Shown here: positions 1 to 8,127 of the stretch, one piece after another
How positions within the stretch are numbered: the stretch's first letter is position 1
How the letters are laid out: each line of letters begins with the position of its first letter
Assembly (NCBI GenBank): GCA_965371015.1
Contig: CBDUWU010000003.1
Coordinates: 1-40,855, forward strand
DNA: 40,855 bases
Direction of reading: 5' to 3'
DNA from: an uncultured bacterium
GTDB lineage: Bacteria > Krumholzibacteriota > Krumholzibacteriia > WVZY01 > JAKEHA01
Notes under the pieces: generated by a model
What the model was told of the DNA's origin: nothing
The model's input: the letters and a program-made list of their open reading frames with translations, nothing else
The model's database searches: none
Made by a program: the position numbers and the translations under genes

Positions 1-1
1 C

Positions 2-1138
2 TTGAATATGATGGTTACCGGAAGCTTGGCCCTGGCGGTTCTGCTGGCGATTACGCCGGCGGCGGCCCAGCAGGCTCCGGAACTGCACAAGTTGCCAGGC
101 CACGACCCCACCACGGTCAGCGTTCGTGTCCCCGGGGAGCCGGCAGCCCGCACCCCCGGGGTACCCGGCCGATCGTCGCTCGCGTTATCGCGATACCACC
201 TGGCGAACGGTCTCGACGTGACCATTTACGGCAGCGCCGAACTCGCATCGAGACTCACCACGCTGGCCGGCGAGCAGGTCATCACGCTCGACGACGGCCG
301 CTACGTGAGCGTCATCACCGACATCAACGATCCGTCGATATACAACAAAGGGGACGGTGACTTTCATCCGTTCCGCGAGGAGTGGGTGATTGATGTCCTG
401 TCGCGGATTTCACACCCGGGCATGGACCTCGACGTGACGGTGTATATTCTGCCGTTTCCGCGCCGTAATCTGCTGGTCAGCTCGACGACCGGCAACTCGG
501 TTTTCCTCAGTCCGCACGTACTCGATATCCACCCCGCTGTCTGCGCCTACATCGTGGCGCACGAGCTGGGGCACGTGTTCCACAACGCGTATATGACGGA
601 CGATTCACCGCTGTGGAACCGCTATCGCTGGGTCCGTGGAATCACCGACTCCGACATTTACTTTGCGGGGGCGGCCCACGCTTACCGCCCCAAGGAGATT
701 TTCGCGGAGGATTTTCGCGTGCTGTTCGGCGGTGAGGACGCGGCGTTCGGAGGAAGAATTGAAAACACCAGCCTGCCCGCGCCGGCGGAAGTTGCGGGTC
801 TGTTCGATTTCATGGCGAACATCGGCGGCGTGGCGGTCGTGATCGGGCCAAAAGTCCGCGCGACGAACTACCCCAACCCGTTCAACCCGGAGACGGAGAT
901 CCGCATCGTCGTTCCCGATAACATTCTGGTGGCGCGCGAGCGCGTGACGGTACGTATCTACGACGTGACCGGCGCCCTGGTCAAGCAGCTGTATTCCGAC
1001 GTCCCGTCCGGAGAAAATCTTTACATGCACTGGGACGGCCGCGACCACAACGGCACGGCGGTGGCAAGCGCGAATTACTTTGCGTTGATCGAAGCGGGAG
1101 AAGCGCGAACGACGCTCAAACTAATGTTGCTCAAGTAA
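2..1138 (+). CDS. Secreted zinc metallopeptidase-like protein with C-terminal FlgD/T9SS-CTD-like Ig domain (start uncertain at window edge; ATG at 8 or 11)
   Basis: Signal peptide (LALAVLLAITPAAA); HEXXH motif HELGH followed by EIFAEDF (gluzincin-like third ligand); C-terminal NYPNPFNP...IYDVTG..V..L...WDGRD..G..VAS..YF signature. Confidence 0.8.
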   Translation: MNMMVTGSLALAVLLAITPAAAQQAPELHKLPGHDPTTVSVRVPGEPAARTPGVPGRSSLALSRYHLANGLDVTIYGSAELASRLTTLAGEQVITLDDGRYVSVITDINDPSIYNKGDGDFHPFREEWVIDVLSRISHPGMDLDVTVYILPFPRRNLLVSSTTGNSVFLSPHVLDIHPAVCAYIVAHELGHVFHNAYMTDDSPLWNRYRWVRGITDSDIYFAGAAHAYRPKEIFAEDFRVLFGGEDAAFGGRIENTSLPAPAEVAGLFDFMANIGGVAVVIGPKVRATNYPNPFNPETEIRIVVPDNILVARERVTVRIYDVTGALVKQLYSDVPSGENLYMHWDGRDHNGTAVASANYFALIEAGEARTTLKLMLLK

Positions 1139-1186
1139 TCGGGGGTCAGACGACGACGGTAAAATACACTTGCGGGCTGCTGCTTT

Positions 1187-1256
1187 ATCCCGCGGGAAGG
1201 GCAAATGGATAATCCTCCCCATCCAGCTAGCGCGCCCCTCCCGCGGGATTTTTTTT
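1187..1256 (+). terminator. Long hairpin followed by T8, probable intrinsic terminator between convergent genes
   Basis: atcccgcgggaagggc (1187-1202) pairs with gcccctcccgcgggat (1234-1249), inner tggat/atcca stem, T-run to 1256. Confidence 0.55.
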
Positions 1257-2300
1257 GCCCAGGCTTTGCGTCCACAGTTGTCCGCAGGCGGCGTCGATGT
1301 CGGCGCCCCGGCTGCGGCGGACGGTAACGGTGGGGGCGAACGGGAGCAGGATACGCACGAAGCGCTGCAACTCCTTTTCGCTTATGAGACGGTAACGGCC
1401 GGTCCGACCCGGGTTGTACGGGATCAGGTTGACCTTGAAAGGCAGGTCGCGCGCCAGCCGGCCCAGTCGGCGGGCGTCGTCGTCGGATGTGTTCACGTCG
1501 CCGAGCATGACGTATTCGAGGGTGACGCGCCGGTTCTTGTGACCGGTGAAGTACCGCGCCGCGGCGAGCAGCTCGGAGATCGGTTCGCGTGACGCTTTGG
1601 GCATCAACTCCCGGCGCTGTTCATCGGTGGTGGCGTTCAGCGAGAGAGCGAGAGAGCACTTCACATCCTCGTCGGCGAGCTGGCGAATTCGGTCTGGAAA
1701 GCCCGACGTCGATACGGTGATGCGCTTCGCGCCCAGATCCAGACCGAGAGGATCGTTCAGTGTGCGAATGGCGCCGACGAGGCCGTCGTAGTTCAAGAAC
1801 GGTTCCCCCATCCCCATGAAGACGACGTTGACCTTCTTGTCGGCGAGTCCCGCGTCTCGCTTGAGCTCACAGACCTGGTCGAGGATTTCGCCCGACGTGA
1901 GGTTGCGGCGGTAACGGCCGGTCGCCGTTTCACAGAAAACGCAGTCGAGCGGGCAACCCACCTGGGTAGAGATGCACAGTGTGGTCCGCTTCTCGTACCA
2001 CATCACCACCGCTTCGACGTTGGCGCCGCCGCCGAGGTCAAACAGGTACTTTCGGGTTCCGTCGAGCCGGGAGAACTGCGCCAGCACCGGTGTGGCGCTG
2101 GCGACCCGGTACTCCTCGTCCAGCGATTCGCGCAGTGTCGACGACAGGTCGGTCATTTCACCGAACCCGGCGGCGAGTCGCCCGTAAAGCCAGCTGCACA
2201 GCTGCCGGTAACGGTATTCGGGTTCGCCGCGTGCCGCCAGGGCTTCACGAATCTCGGCGAGGGCGAGATTCCGGATATGGATGCGTTCGTTCGTGGCCAC
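1227..2300 (-). CDS. rlmN: 23S rRNA (A2503-C2)/tRNA methyltransferase RlmN (radical SAM)
   Basis: CISTQVGCPLDCVFC (CxxxCxxC), VVFMGMGEP, ITVSTSG, C-terminal GADIDAACGQL; GTG start at 2300 with GGAAGGA RBS; the ORF-track extension to 3443 is an antisense shadow. Confidence 0.96.
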   Translation of the reverse strand: MATNERIHIRNLALAEIREALAARGEPEYRYRQLCSWLYGRLAAGFGEMTDLSSTLRESLDEEYRVASATPVLAQFSRLDGTRKYLFDLGGGANVEAVVMWYEKRTTLCISTQVGCPLDCVFCETATGRYRRNLTSGEILDQVCELKRDAGLADKKVNVVFMGMGEPFLNYDGLVGAIRTLNDPLGLDLGAKRITVSTSGFPDRIRQLADEDVKCSLALSLNATTDEQRRELMPKASREPISELLAAARYFTGHKNRRVTLEYVMLGDVNTSDDDARRLGRLARDLPFKVNLIPYNPGRTGRYRLISEKELQRFVRILLPFAPTVTVRRSRGADIDAACGQLWTQSLGKKNPAGGAR

Positions 2301-2438
2301 GTTTTCCTTCCGGGTGCTCCTGCTATGGCCCCGGCTCCATGCCGGGGAAAATACGCTGGTACCCATGGTATCGGTTGTGTTATTCCTGTGAAAGAAAAAC
2401 CGCCGGACGAAATTGTCAACACGCGAGTTACTTCGATC

Positions 2439-3827
2439 ATGCCAAAGACTATTCTCATTGCAGACGACGAACAGGGGATCCGCAACGCGCTTCAACGCCT
2501 GCTCGAATTCGAGTCGTACCACGTTCTGCTGGCGCCCGACGGCCCCGGTGCGCTCGAGAAGGCCCGTGGGGAAAAAGTCGACCTGATTCTTCTCGACATT
2601 AAAATGCCCGGGATGGACGGCCTCGAGGTCCTCTCCCACATCCACAAGGAACAGCCCGAAACCCCCGTCGTGATCATTTCGGGGCACGGCACCATACAGA
2701 CCGCCGTCGAGGCCACCCGTCTCGGCGCGTACGACTTCATCGAAAAACCGATCGACGCCGACCGGATTCTGCTGGTGATCCGCAACGGTCTCGAACAGAG
2801 CAAACTCCGGGTCGAGAACCAGTCGTTTCGCCGTGAATTCCAGCGTTCGAGCGAAATCATCGGCGAGAATCCCGAGATTCTCGCGATCCTGGAAACGGTC
2901 GAAAAGGTCGCGTCGACGAACGCCCGCGTGCTCATCATGGGAGAGAACGGCACGGGTAAGGAGATGGTCGCCCGAACCCTCCACCAGTTCAGTCCGAGGG
3001 CGAAGGAGCCGTTCGTCGAGGTCAACTGCGCCGCCATCCCCGAGGAACTGATCGAAAGCGAGTTGTTCGGCCACGAGAAGGGGTCCTTTACGGGTGCCGT
3101 GTCGCGCCGCGTGGGTAAATTCGAGATGGCCGACGGCGGCACTCTGTTCCTCGACGAAGTGGGGGACATGAGCCACAACGCCCAGGCCAAGGTGCTCCGC
3201 GTCCTGCAGGAGTCGGTTTTCGAGCGTGTCGGCGGGACCGAGACGATCAAGGTCGACGTCCGTGTCATCGCCGCTTCCAACATGGATCTGCTGACCGCGA
3301 GCCAGGAGGGGACGTTTCGCGAAGACCTCTTCTATCGACTCAATGTGGTGCCGATCGTCGTGCCGCCGCTGCGTCGGAGGATCAGCGATCTTCCGCTCCT
3401 TGTGGATCATTTTTTGCGGCTGACCGGTGGTGAGCTGGGTCAACCGCCCAGAAAAATGTCGAAGCGGGCGATCGAACGGCTCAAGGAATACTCCTGGCCC
3501 GGTAATGTCAGGGAACTGAAGAACTTGATTGAACGGGTCGTGATTCTGGCGCCGGGAACGACAATCGAGGCCCGGGACCTGCCGGAACAGGCGGGCGGTA
3601 AAAAAGTCGACGATTTGTTTTTCGACAAGGAATCCTACGGGGATTTCCGGGCCGCCATGGAAAAAGAATTTTTTGAACGCAAGCTACAGTTGTATGGGTA
3701 CAATGTGAGCAAGACGGCTCGAAAACTGGGTATGCAGCGCAGCAATTTGTACAAAAAGCTTGAAAAATACGATATACCGTACAAACCGGGGAAGGACTCG
3801 GAAACGGAGGAAGTCGAAGCCGATTAA
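2439..3827 (+). CDS. Sigma54-dependent response regulator, NtrC/NtrX/AtoC family (REC-AAA+-HTH)
   Basis: ILIADDE...LLDIKMPGMDG receiver; Walker A GENGTGKE; ESELFGHEKGSFTGA; FLDEVGD; WPGNVRELKN; Fis-type HTH; start taken at ATG 2439 (MPKTILIADD). Confidence 0.93.
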   Translation: MPKTILIADDEQGIRNALQRLLEFESYHVLLAPDGPGALEKARGEKVDLILLDIKMPGMDGLEVLSHIHKEQPETPVVIISGHGTIQTAVEATRLGAYDFIEKPIDADRILLVIRNGLEQSKLRVENQSFRREFQRSSEIIGENPEILAILETVEKVASTNARVLIMGENGTGKEMVARTLHQFSPRAKEPFVEVNCAAIPEELIESELFGHEKGSFTGAVSRRVGKFEMADGGTLFLDEVGDMSHNAQAKVLRVLQESVFERVGGTETIKVDVRVIAASNMDLLTASQEGTFREDLFYRLNVVPIVVPPLRRRISDLPLLVDHFLRLTGGELGQPPRKMSKRAIERLKEYSWPGNVRELKNLIERVVILAPGTTIEARDLPEQAGGKKVDDLFFDKESYGDFRAAMEKEFFERKLQLYGYNVSKTARKLGMQRSNLYKKLEKYDIPYKPGKDSETEEVEAD

Positions 3828-3831
3828 ACGT

Positions 3832-3860
3832 TTGACACAAATCTAAAGTGCTTCTATCTT
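3832..3860 (+). promoter_or_regulatory. Sigma70-type promoter for the peptide/TPR-activator locus
   Basis: TTGACA (3832-3837), 17 bp, TATCTT (3855-3860). Confidence 0.7.
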
Positions 3861-3936
3861 TATAAGTGTGTTACTCCCCACGATTCACGTTAACACATGC
3901 TGTTTTTTTCCATTCTGGAAGGAGTTGAAGGCGGAA

Positions 3937-4251
3937 ATGAAGCGGGCAATATTTATAATGATTGTCGCTTTACTTGTACTCTGTATCTATCCTTCTACCC
4001 ATCCTTACGCCAAATCACCTGTTCCCGGGACCATTTACGGCCCCTCGGTGATCACTCCGAAGTCGGATGGCGATCCTATTACTTACACTGACAGCGGTGA
4101 TTCCGACGACGGGGATGGAGACGATGTTGCTGGTTGGCGCGACCGGGGAACGAAGCCGGGCGGTGTTTCGCCGGGTAGAGATCTGGTTGGTCCCATCAGT
4201 GTCGGCCTTGCGTACAAGATGTGGTGGAATCTTATGATCTGGATTCGGTAG
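3937..4251 (+). CDS. Small (104 aa) secreted protein, candidate signalling pro-peptide
   Basis: GGAG/GAAGG upstream of ATG 3937; Sec signal peptide MKRAIFIMIVALLVLCIYPSTHPYA; Pro/Gly/Ser-rich linker, acidic DSGDSDDGDGDD core, aromatic C-tail YKMWWNLMIWIR. Confidence 0.7.
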   Translation: MKRAIFIMIVALLVLCIYPSTHPYAKSPVPGTIYGPSVITPKSDGDPITYTDSGDSDDGDGDDVAGWRDRGTKPGGVSPGRDLVGPISVGLAYKMWWNLMIWIR

Positions 4252-4259
4252 AGTGGCGA

Positions 4260-4282
4260 GGAGGCGCTTGTTAGGCGCCTCC
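4260..4282 (+). promoter_or_regulatory. Intergenic stem-loop without U-tract (mRNA stabiliser or partial attenuator)
   Basis: ggaggcgctt-gtt-aggcgcctcc, 10 bp including one G-U, just after the peptide stop codon. Confidence 0.55.
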
Positions 4283-4314
4283 GTGGAATCACGAGTTAAT
4301 CTCAAGGATGGATA

Positions 4315-7300
4315 ATGTCCAACGCACGGGACGACAGAGATTGGCTGAAGAATAATTCGGAGGGTGACATGCCCGCCCGGGAATCAGTCTATTCACCGTC
4401 CGAGGAGATAGGCAGCATGCACTACTCTTCGGAGAATTTTTCTACGGCCCTCGAGTACTTCCACAAGGCCCTCGAATCTGTCGAAAAAACCGCCGACCCC
4501 GACAGATTCAGGCTTTTACTTCGAATCAGCGACTGTCACCGCCAGAAGGGCAACTACACCGAGTCGCAGCAGTTCCTCGACCTCGCCAAAGAAATCTCCG
4601 AAAAAGTCGCCACCAGGGAAGTGCTCGGCAAGATCGAGTACCGGGAGGCGTTTCTCCAGTTGATGCGCGGGCAGTATGACGACGCGCTCAAGACGGGATT
4701 CAATTCCTATCGCAAGCTGAAGAACTCCGATGAGCACGGCGAAGTCGCGAGTATCCAGATACTCATCGCGCACTGTTATCTGCGTCTGGGCCTGTTGTCC
4801 GAAGCGGAGGAGTTTTTCCAGGATGCCCTCTCGTGCTTCCGGCGGGTGGAGGACCGCGTCGGCATTGCCTACGCGTACAACAACCTGGGATTACTCCACA
4901 AGAACGCGTGCCGGTGGAACCGGGCGCTGGCTTCTTTTTTCAAATCTCTCGACATCGCCAAGTCGCTGGGGCTGACTCAGCACTTCATCAGATTGCAGAT
5001 CAACCTGGGCGTCGTTTATCTGAAGCTCAGGCGCTTCCCCGAGGCGATCAGCTCGTTCCAGCAGGCTGTCACGGGCGCCGAGCGTTTCGGGGATAATTTC
5101 CGTCTGACCAAAGCTCTGTTCATGATCGGCCGGGCCTTTACCGGTGCCGGCGAATTCGCGAAAGCCGAGAAATCAATCGTCCGCGCCAAGGCCATGGCGG
5201 ATGAATTCGGCTACGCGCGCGAATCCGCCCTCGTCGACGAGTCGCTCGGTGATCTCATGTTTGCCAGGGGACGGAACCAGGAAGCGCTGATCAATTATCG
5301 CAAGGCGCTGAAGAGTGCCCAGCGGATCGCCCCCCAGGGCGATCTCGCCGCCGAAAACCTGCGGAGAATCGCCGAAGTCGAATTTCGACTCAACCGCCCC
5401 GGGGAAGCGATGGCGCACATCAGCGAAGGCATCGAGATCGCCACGTCCTGCGGGGAAGTATTCGAGCTCGGCTACCTGTACCGGACCCAGGGCATGTGCC
5501 GGCGCCGCCTGGGAGACCTCGACCCGGCACGCAAGAGCCTCAAGACGAGTATCGAGATGTTCGACCGGTACGAGAACCCGTATGACAAAGCTATTTCCCA
5601 GCAGATCCTGGCCAGACTCTATATAAAAGCAGGGGACGAGACGTCGATAATCAAGGCGAAACACGCGCTCGCCGACAGCGTGCTCGGTTTCAACCAGCTC
5701 GACGACGGCCCGGGACAGATCGTATCCCAGATCCTGCTGACGTCGGTGGAGCTGAAACTCGGAAATCACGACGACGCCCTGCTGGCCGTCTACGAGGCGG
5801 ACCGGATCGTGGAAGAGGAGGGCAACGAGCACTTCCGCAAAGCGCTCCTCGCGCTGCGAAACAAGATCGAAGACCGGATGTCCTGTTCGACCACGAACGT
5901 ACTCGACCAGTTCTCCGTCCTCGGTGACATCCAGAGCGGCGCCCGGTCGAGGGACCATCTCGTCAAGGGGCTGGCTTCGACACTGGAGCTCATCCTCGAG
6001 CGGCTCGGCGCAAACGCGGGGTTCGTCGCCATTCCCGCGGCGAAGGGCAGGAGTTTTCAGATCGCCACGCGTGACGGTATGAGCCGTAATGAAGCCCAGG
6101 CGATCCTTTCCTGGTATAACAAAACAGAAAAAAACGAAAAGTCTTCCCGCAGCGGAATCCTCGTCACTGACGTCGAGAACAACCCCGAGATCGCGCCGTT
6201 GCGAGCCAGGCTCGACGACCCCAGGGGGACGCTGCTCCTGCAGTCTCTCGGATTCGAAGGGGAAGATCTCGGCGTTCTCTGCGTGCGGCAGGGATTCGAG
6301 CCGGCCCGGCCCCCGATGGGCCAGGACGCGCTCCACTTCGTCGGCGCCTATTCGAGTCTCATTTCGCTGTCGGTCTATGAAATCGTCCGTACCGAGCGAA
6401 AGTCGCGGGACCGTTCAAAAACGACGTCCAAGGGCTTTCAAAATATCGTCACCGACAACAAGGAAATGATCAAGCTCCTCAACCTCTCGGAGCGTGTCGC
6501 CCATTCGGACGCCACCGTGTTGCTCCAGGGCGAGACGGGTACGGGCAAGGGGCTGATCGCCTACGCGATTCACCTGCTCAGCGATCGCCGTGACCGCAAA
6601 TTCATGCACGTCAACTGCGCCGCGCTTCCCGAGCAGCTGCTCGAGTCGGAGCTGTTCGGCCACGTGCGGGGAGCGTTTACCGGTGCGTTTGCCGACAAGG
6701 ACGGCCTGCTGCGAGAAGCTCACGGCGGAACGGTTTTCCTCGACGAGATCGGCAAGACTTCGCTGGCGATGCAGGGCAAGTTACTACAGTTTCTCGATAG
6801 CAAGACAATCCGCAAGGTCGGTTCCAACGACCTGCTGCCCGTCGAGGTCCGCATCATCTGCGCATCCAAGACGAACCTTCTCCAGAAGTGTGACGAAGGG
6901 ACTTTTCTGGAGGACTTCTTCTATCGCATCAACGATTTTCCTCTGACGGTGCCGCCGCTGCGCGACCGTCCGGAAGACGTCGTTCTGCTCATGCACCACT
7001 ACGTCGAAAAGCTTTCGCGCGAGATGGGCATGGACGTCGACGGCGTCACCGACGAGTTCGCCGACAGGCTCCTCGCCTACCGCTGGCCGGGTAACGTCCG
7101 GGAGCTCGAAAAAGTCATCAAGCGTGCCATCATCCTCGCCGACGACGGTGACAGCCTCTCGCTCGAGCACCTCGCACCCGAGGTTGTCGAAGCCCGCCGG
7201 GGCAACAAGGCCGACAAGGCCGAGGTACCGGTCACGCTCAGGCAGCGGATCGAAAAGGTAGAACAGATCGAAATACACGAAGCGCTCAAGCTCCACTCGT

Positions 7301-7383
7301 GGAACAAGTCGCAGACGGCGATCTACCTCGGTATTTCTTATCCGAATCTTCTCTCCAAGATCAAGCGCTACAACATCCAGTAG
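4315..7383 (+). CDS. TPR-repeat / GAF-like / sigma54-interacting AAA+ / Fis-HTH transcriptional activator (bEBP); alternative start ATG 4369 behind GGAGGG
   Basis: About 500 aa of TPR-like repeats (e.g. AYAYNNLGLLHKNACRWNRALASFFKSL, INLGVVYLKLRRFPEAISSFQQA); GETGTGKG Walker A; ESELFGHVRGAFTGA; FLDEIG; WPGNVRELE; WNKSQTAIYLGISYPNL HTH. Confidence 0.92.
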   Translation: MSNARDDRDWLKNNSEGDMPARESVYSPSEEIGSMHYSSENFSTALEYFHKALESVEKTADPDRFRLLLRISDCHRQKGNYTESQQFLDLAKEISEKVATREVLGKIEYREAFLQLMRGQYDDALKTGFNSYRKLKNSDEHGEVASIQILIAHCYLRLGLLSEAEEFFQDALSCFRRVEDRVGIAYAYNNLGLLHKNACRWNRALASFFKSLDIAKSLGLTQHFIRLQINLGVVYLKLRRFPEAISSFQQAVTGAERFGDNFRLTKALFMIGRAFTGAGEFAKAEKSIVRAKAMADEFGYARESALVDESLGDLMFARGRNQEALINYRKALKSAQRIAPQGDLAAENLRRIAEVEFRLNRPGEAMAHISEGIEIATSCGEVFELGYLYRTQGMCRRRLGDLDPARKSLKTSIEMFDRYENPYDKAISQQILARLYIKAGDETSIIKAKHALADSVLGFNQLDDGPGQIVSQILLTSVELKLGNHDDALLAVYEADRIVEEEGNEHFRKALLALRNKIEDRMSCSTTNVLDQFSVLGDIQSGARSRDHLVKGLASTLELILERLGANAGFVAIPAAKGRSFQIATRDGMSRNEAQAILSWYNKTEKNEKSSRSGILVTDVENNPEIAPLRARLDDPRGTLLLQSLGFEGEDLGVLCVRQGFEPARPPMGQDALHFVGAYSSLISLSVYEIVRTERKSRDRSKTTSKGFQNIVTDNKEMIKLLNLSERVAHSDATVLLQGETGTGKGLIAYAIHLLSDRRDRKFMHVNCAALPEQLLESELFGHVRGAFTGAFADKDGLLREAHGGTVFLDEIGKTSLAMQGKLLQFLDSKTIRKVGSNDLLPVEVRIICASKTNLLQKCDEGTFLEDFFYRINDFPLTVPPLRDRPEDVVLLMHHYVEKLSREMGMDVDGVTDEFADRLLAYRWPGNVRELEKVIKRAIILADDGDSLSLEHLAPEVVEARRGNKADKAEVPVTLRQRIEKVEQIEIHEALKLHSWNKSQTAIYLGISYPNLLSKIKRYNIQ

Positions 7384-7395
7384 CGAATCCTCCCT

Positions 7396-7420
7396 GTTTT
7401 ATAAAAACATTTTATAAAAC
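7396..7420. promoter_or_regulatory. Tandem TTTTATAAAA palindromes forming an 11-bp perfect inverted repeat, candidate bEBP enhancer (UAS)
   Basis: gttttataaaa-aca-ttttataaaac, about 200 bp upstream of the sigma54 promoter at 7621. Confidence 0.45.
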
Positions 7421-7620
7421 TTTTGTATTCCCCCTAATGCCCTGTTGTGTCTCAGGTTGTAGGCTTGTGACTGAGCGTACGCACCCTGTACATACAAATG
7501 GTTTAACAGTGTCGAGGGAGCTGACTTCACAACGTGGAAGCAATCGACAAATTGATGCCGCAACGTCCTGTTATCATATAAGTTGTGAATTCAGTTTTTG
7601 CGAAGGCCATAATCCGCCTC

Positions 7621-7635
7621 TGGCACGTCTATTGC
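7621..7635 (+). promoter_or_regulatory. Sigma54 (-24/-12) promoter
   Basis: TGGCAC-GTCTA-TTGC, exact TGGCAC-N5-TTGC consensus, intergenic, downstream of a bEBP gene. Confidence 0.85.
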
Positions 7636-7646
7636 CATACACATGG

Positions 7647-7919
7647 TCAGGAAGTCATCCCGTGCGTATTTGAGAACTTCCATCTGGTGGGGGGAGGAAT
7701 CTTGGGGAACTAACACTTCCCCGGGATTCCGGAACCTGGTTTTGAAGCGGAGAAGAGAATAGGGGCTTTTCTCCATTGGAATCGACCGAAAGGTCATCTG
7801 AATAAGCTGACGTTTCGAGCACATCCTGAGCATAGCTGCTGGCTTTGCGGAGAAAGTTGATTTCGAGAGGTGGGGTCTCGAACATTGACAAAGGATGGCA
7901 CGGACGTCAGCTTTTTTTT
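7647..7919 (+). ncRNA. Putative sigma54-dependent structured non-coding RNA (~270 nt), family not recognised
   Basis: Stems at 7650-7681, 7696-7730 (14 bp), 7749-7774, 7784-7795 (GAAA tetraloop); multibranch domain closed by 7804-7813/7904-7913 and 7822-7827/7892-7897 with three internal hairpins; ends in U8; G-U pairs favour the + strand; no credible ORF. Confidence 0.65.
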
Positions 7920-7949
7920 GTACCCCGTCCGGCCTTCCGGGACGGTCCT

Positions 7950-7979
7950 GCAGCGTGTCCTTGAAAGAGGACACGCTGT
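7950..7979 (+). terminator. Strong GC-rich hairpin downstream of the ncRNA (second terminator or RNA extension)
   Basis: cagcgtgtcct-tgaaag-aggacacgctg, 11 perfect bp with GAAA loop; no clear U-tract. Confidence 0.4.
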
Positions 7980-8127
7980 CGTTCTCTGAACACGCTTTTG
8001 GGGCCGCCAGAGGCCCCCAGATCCCCTTCCGCCGCCTCGGAACACACCCTTCTGGTAATCTTAACTATCTTTAAGCAATATAGTTAGCCCGACAAGCTCC
8101 GGCCCCTCCCGGGCTCCGACCGGTACG

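Noticed and set aside
2301-3443. 738-aa minus-strand ORF suggesting an RlmN fusion
   Set aside because: The N-terminal 381 codons are the antisense shadow of the NtrC-type gene; RlmN homology and an RBS begin at GTG 2300.
3937-4251. RiPP precursor interpretation
   Set aside because: It has a Sec signal peptide and no modifying enzymes nearby; the only radical SAM enzyme is the housekeeping RlmN.
7896-7910. Additional TGGCAC as a sigma54 promoter
   Set aside because: Followed by N5-TCAG rather than TTGC, and it lies within the RNA closing stem.
7591-8045. Minus-strand ORFs of 78-127 aa across the putative ncRNA
   Set aside because: No recognisable motifs or clear RBS; promoter, G-U pairs and U-tract all point to a plus-strand RNA. 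Not formally excluded.
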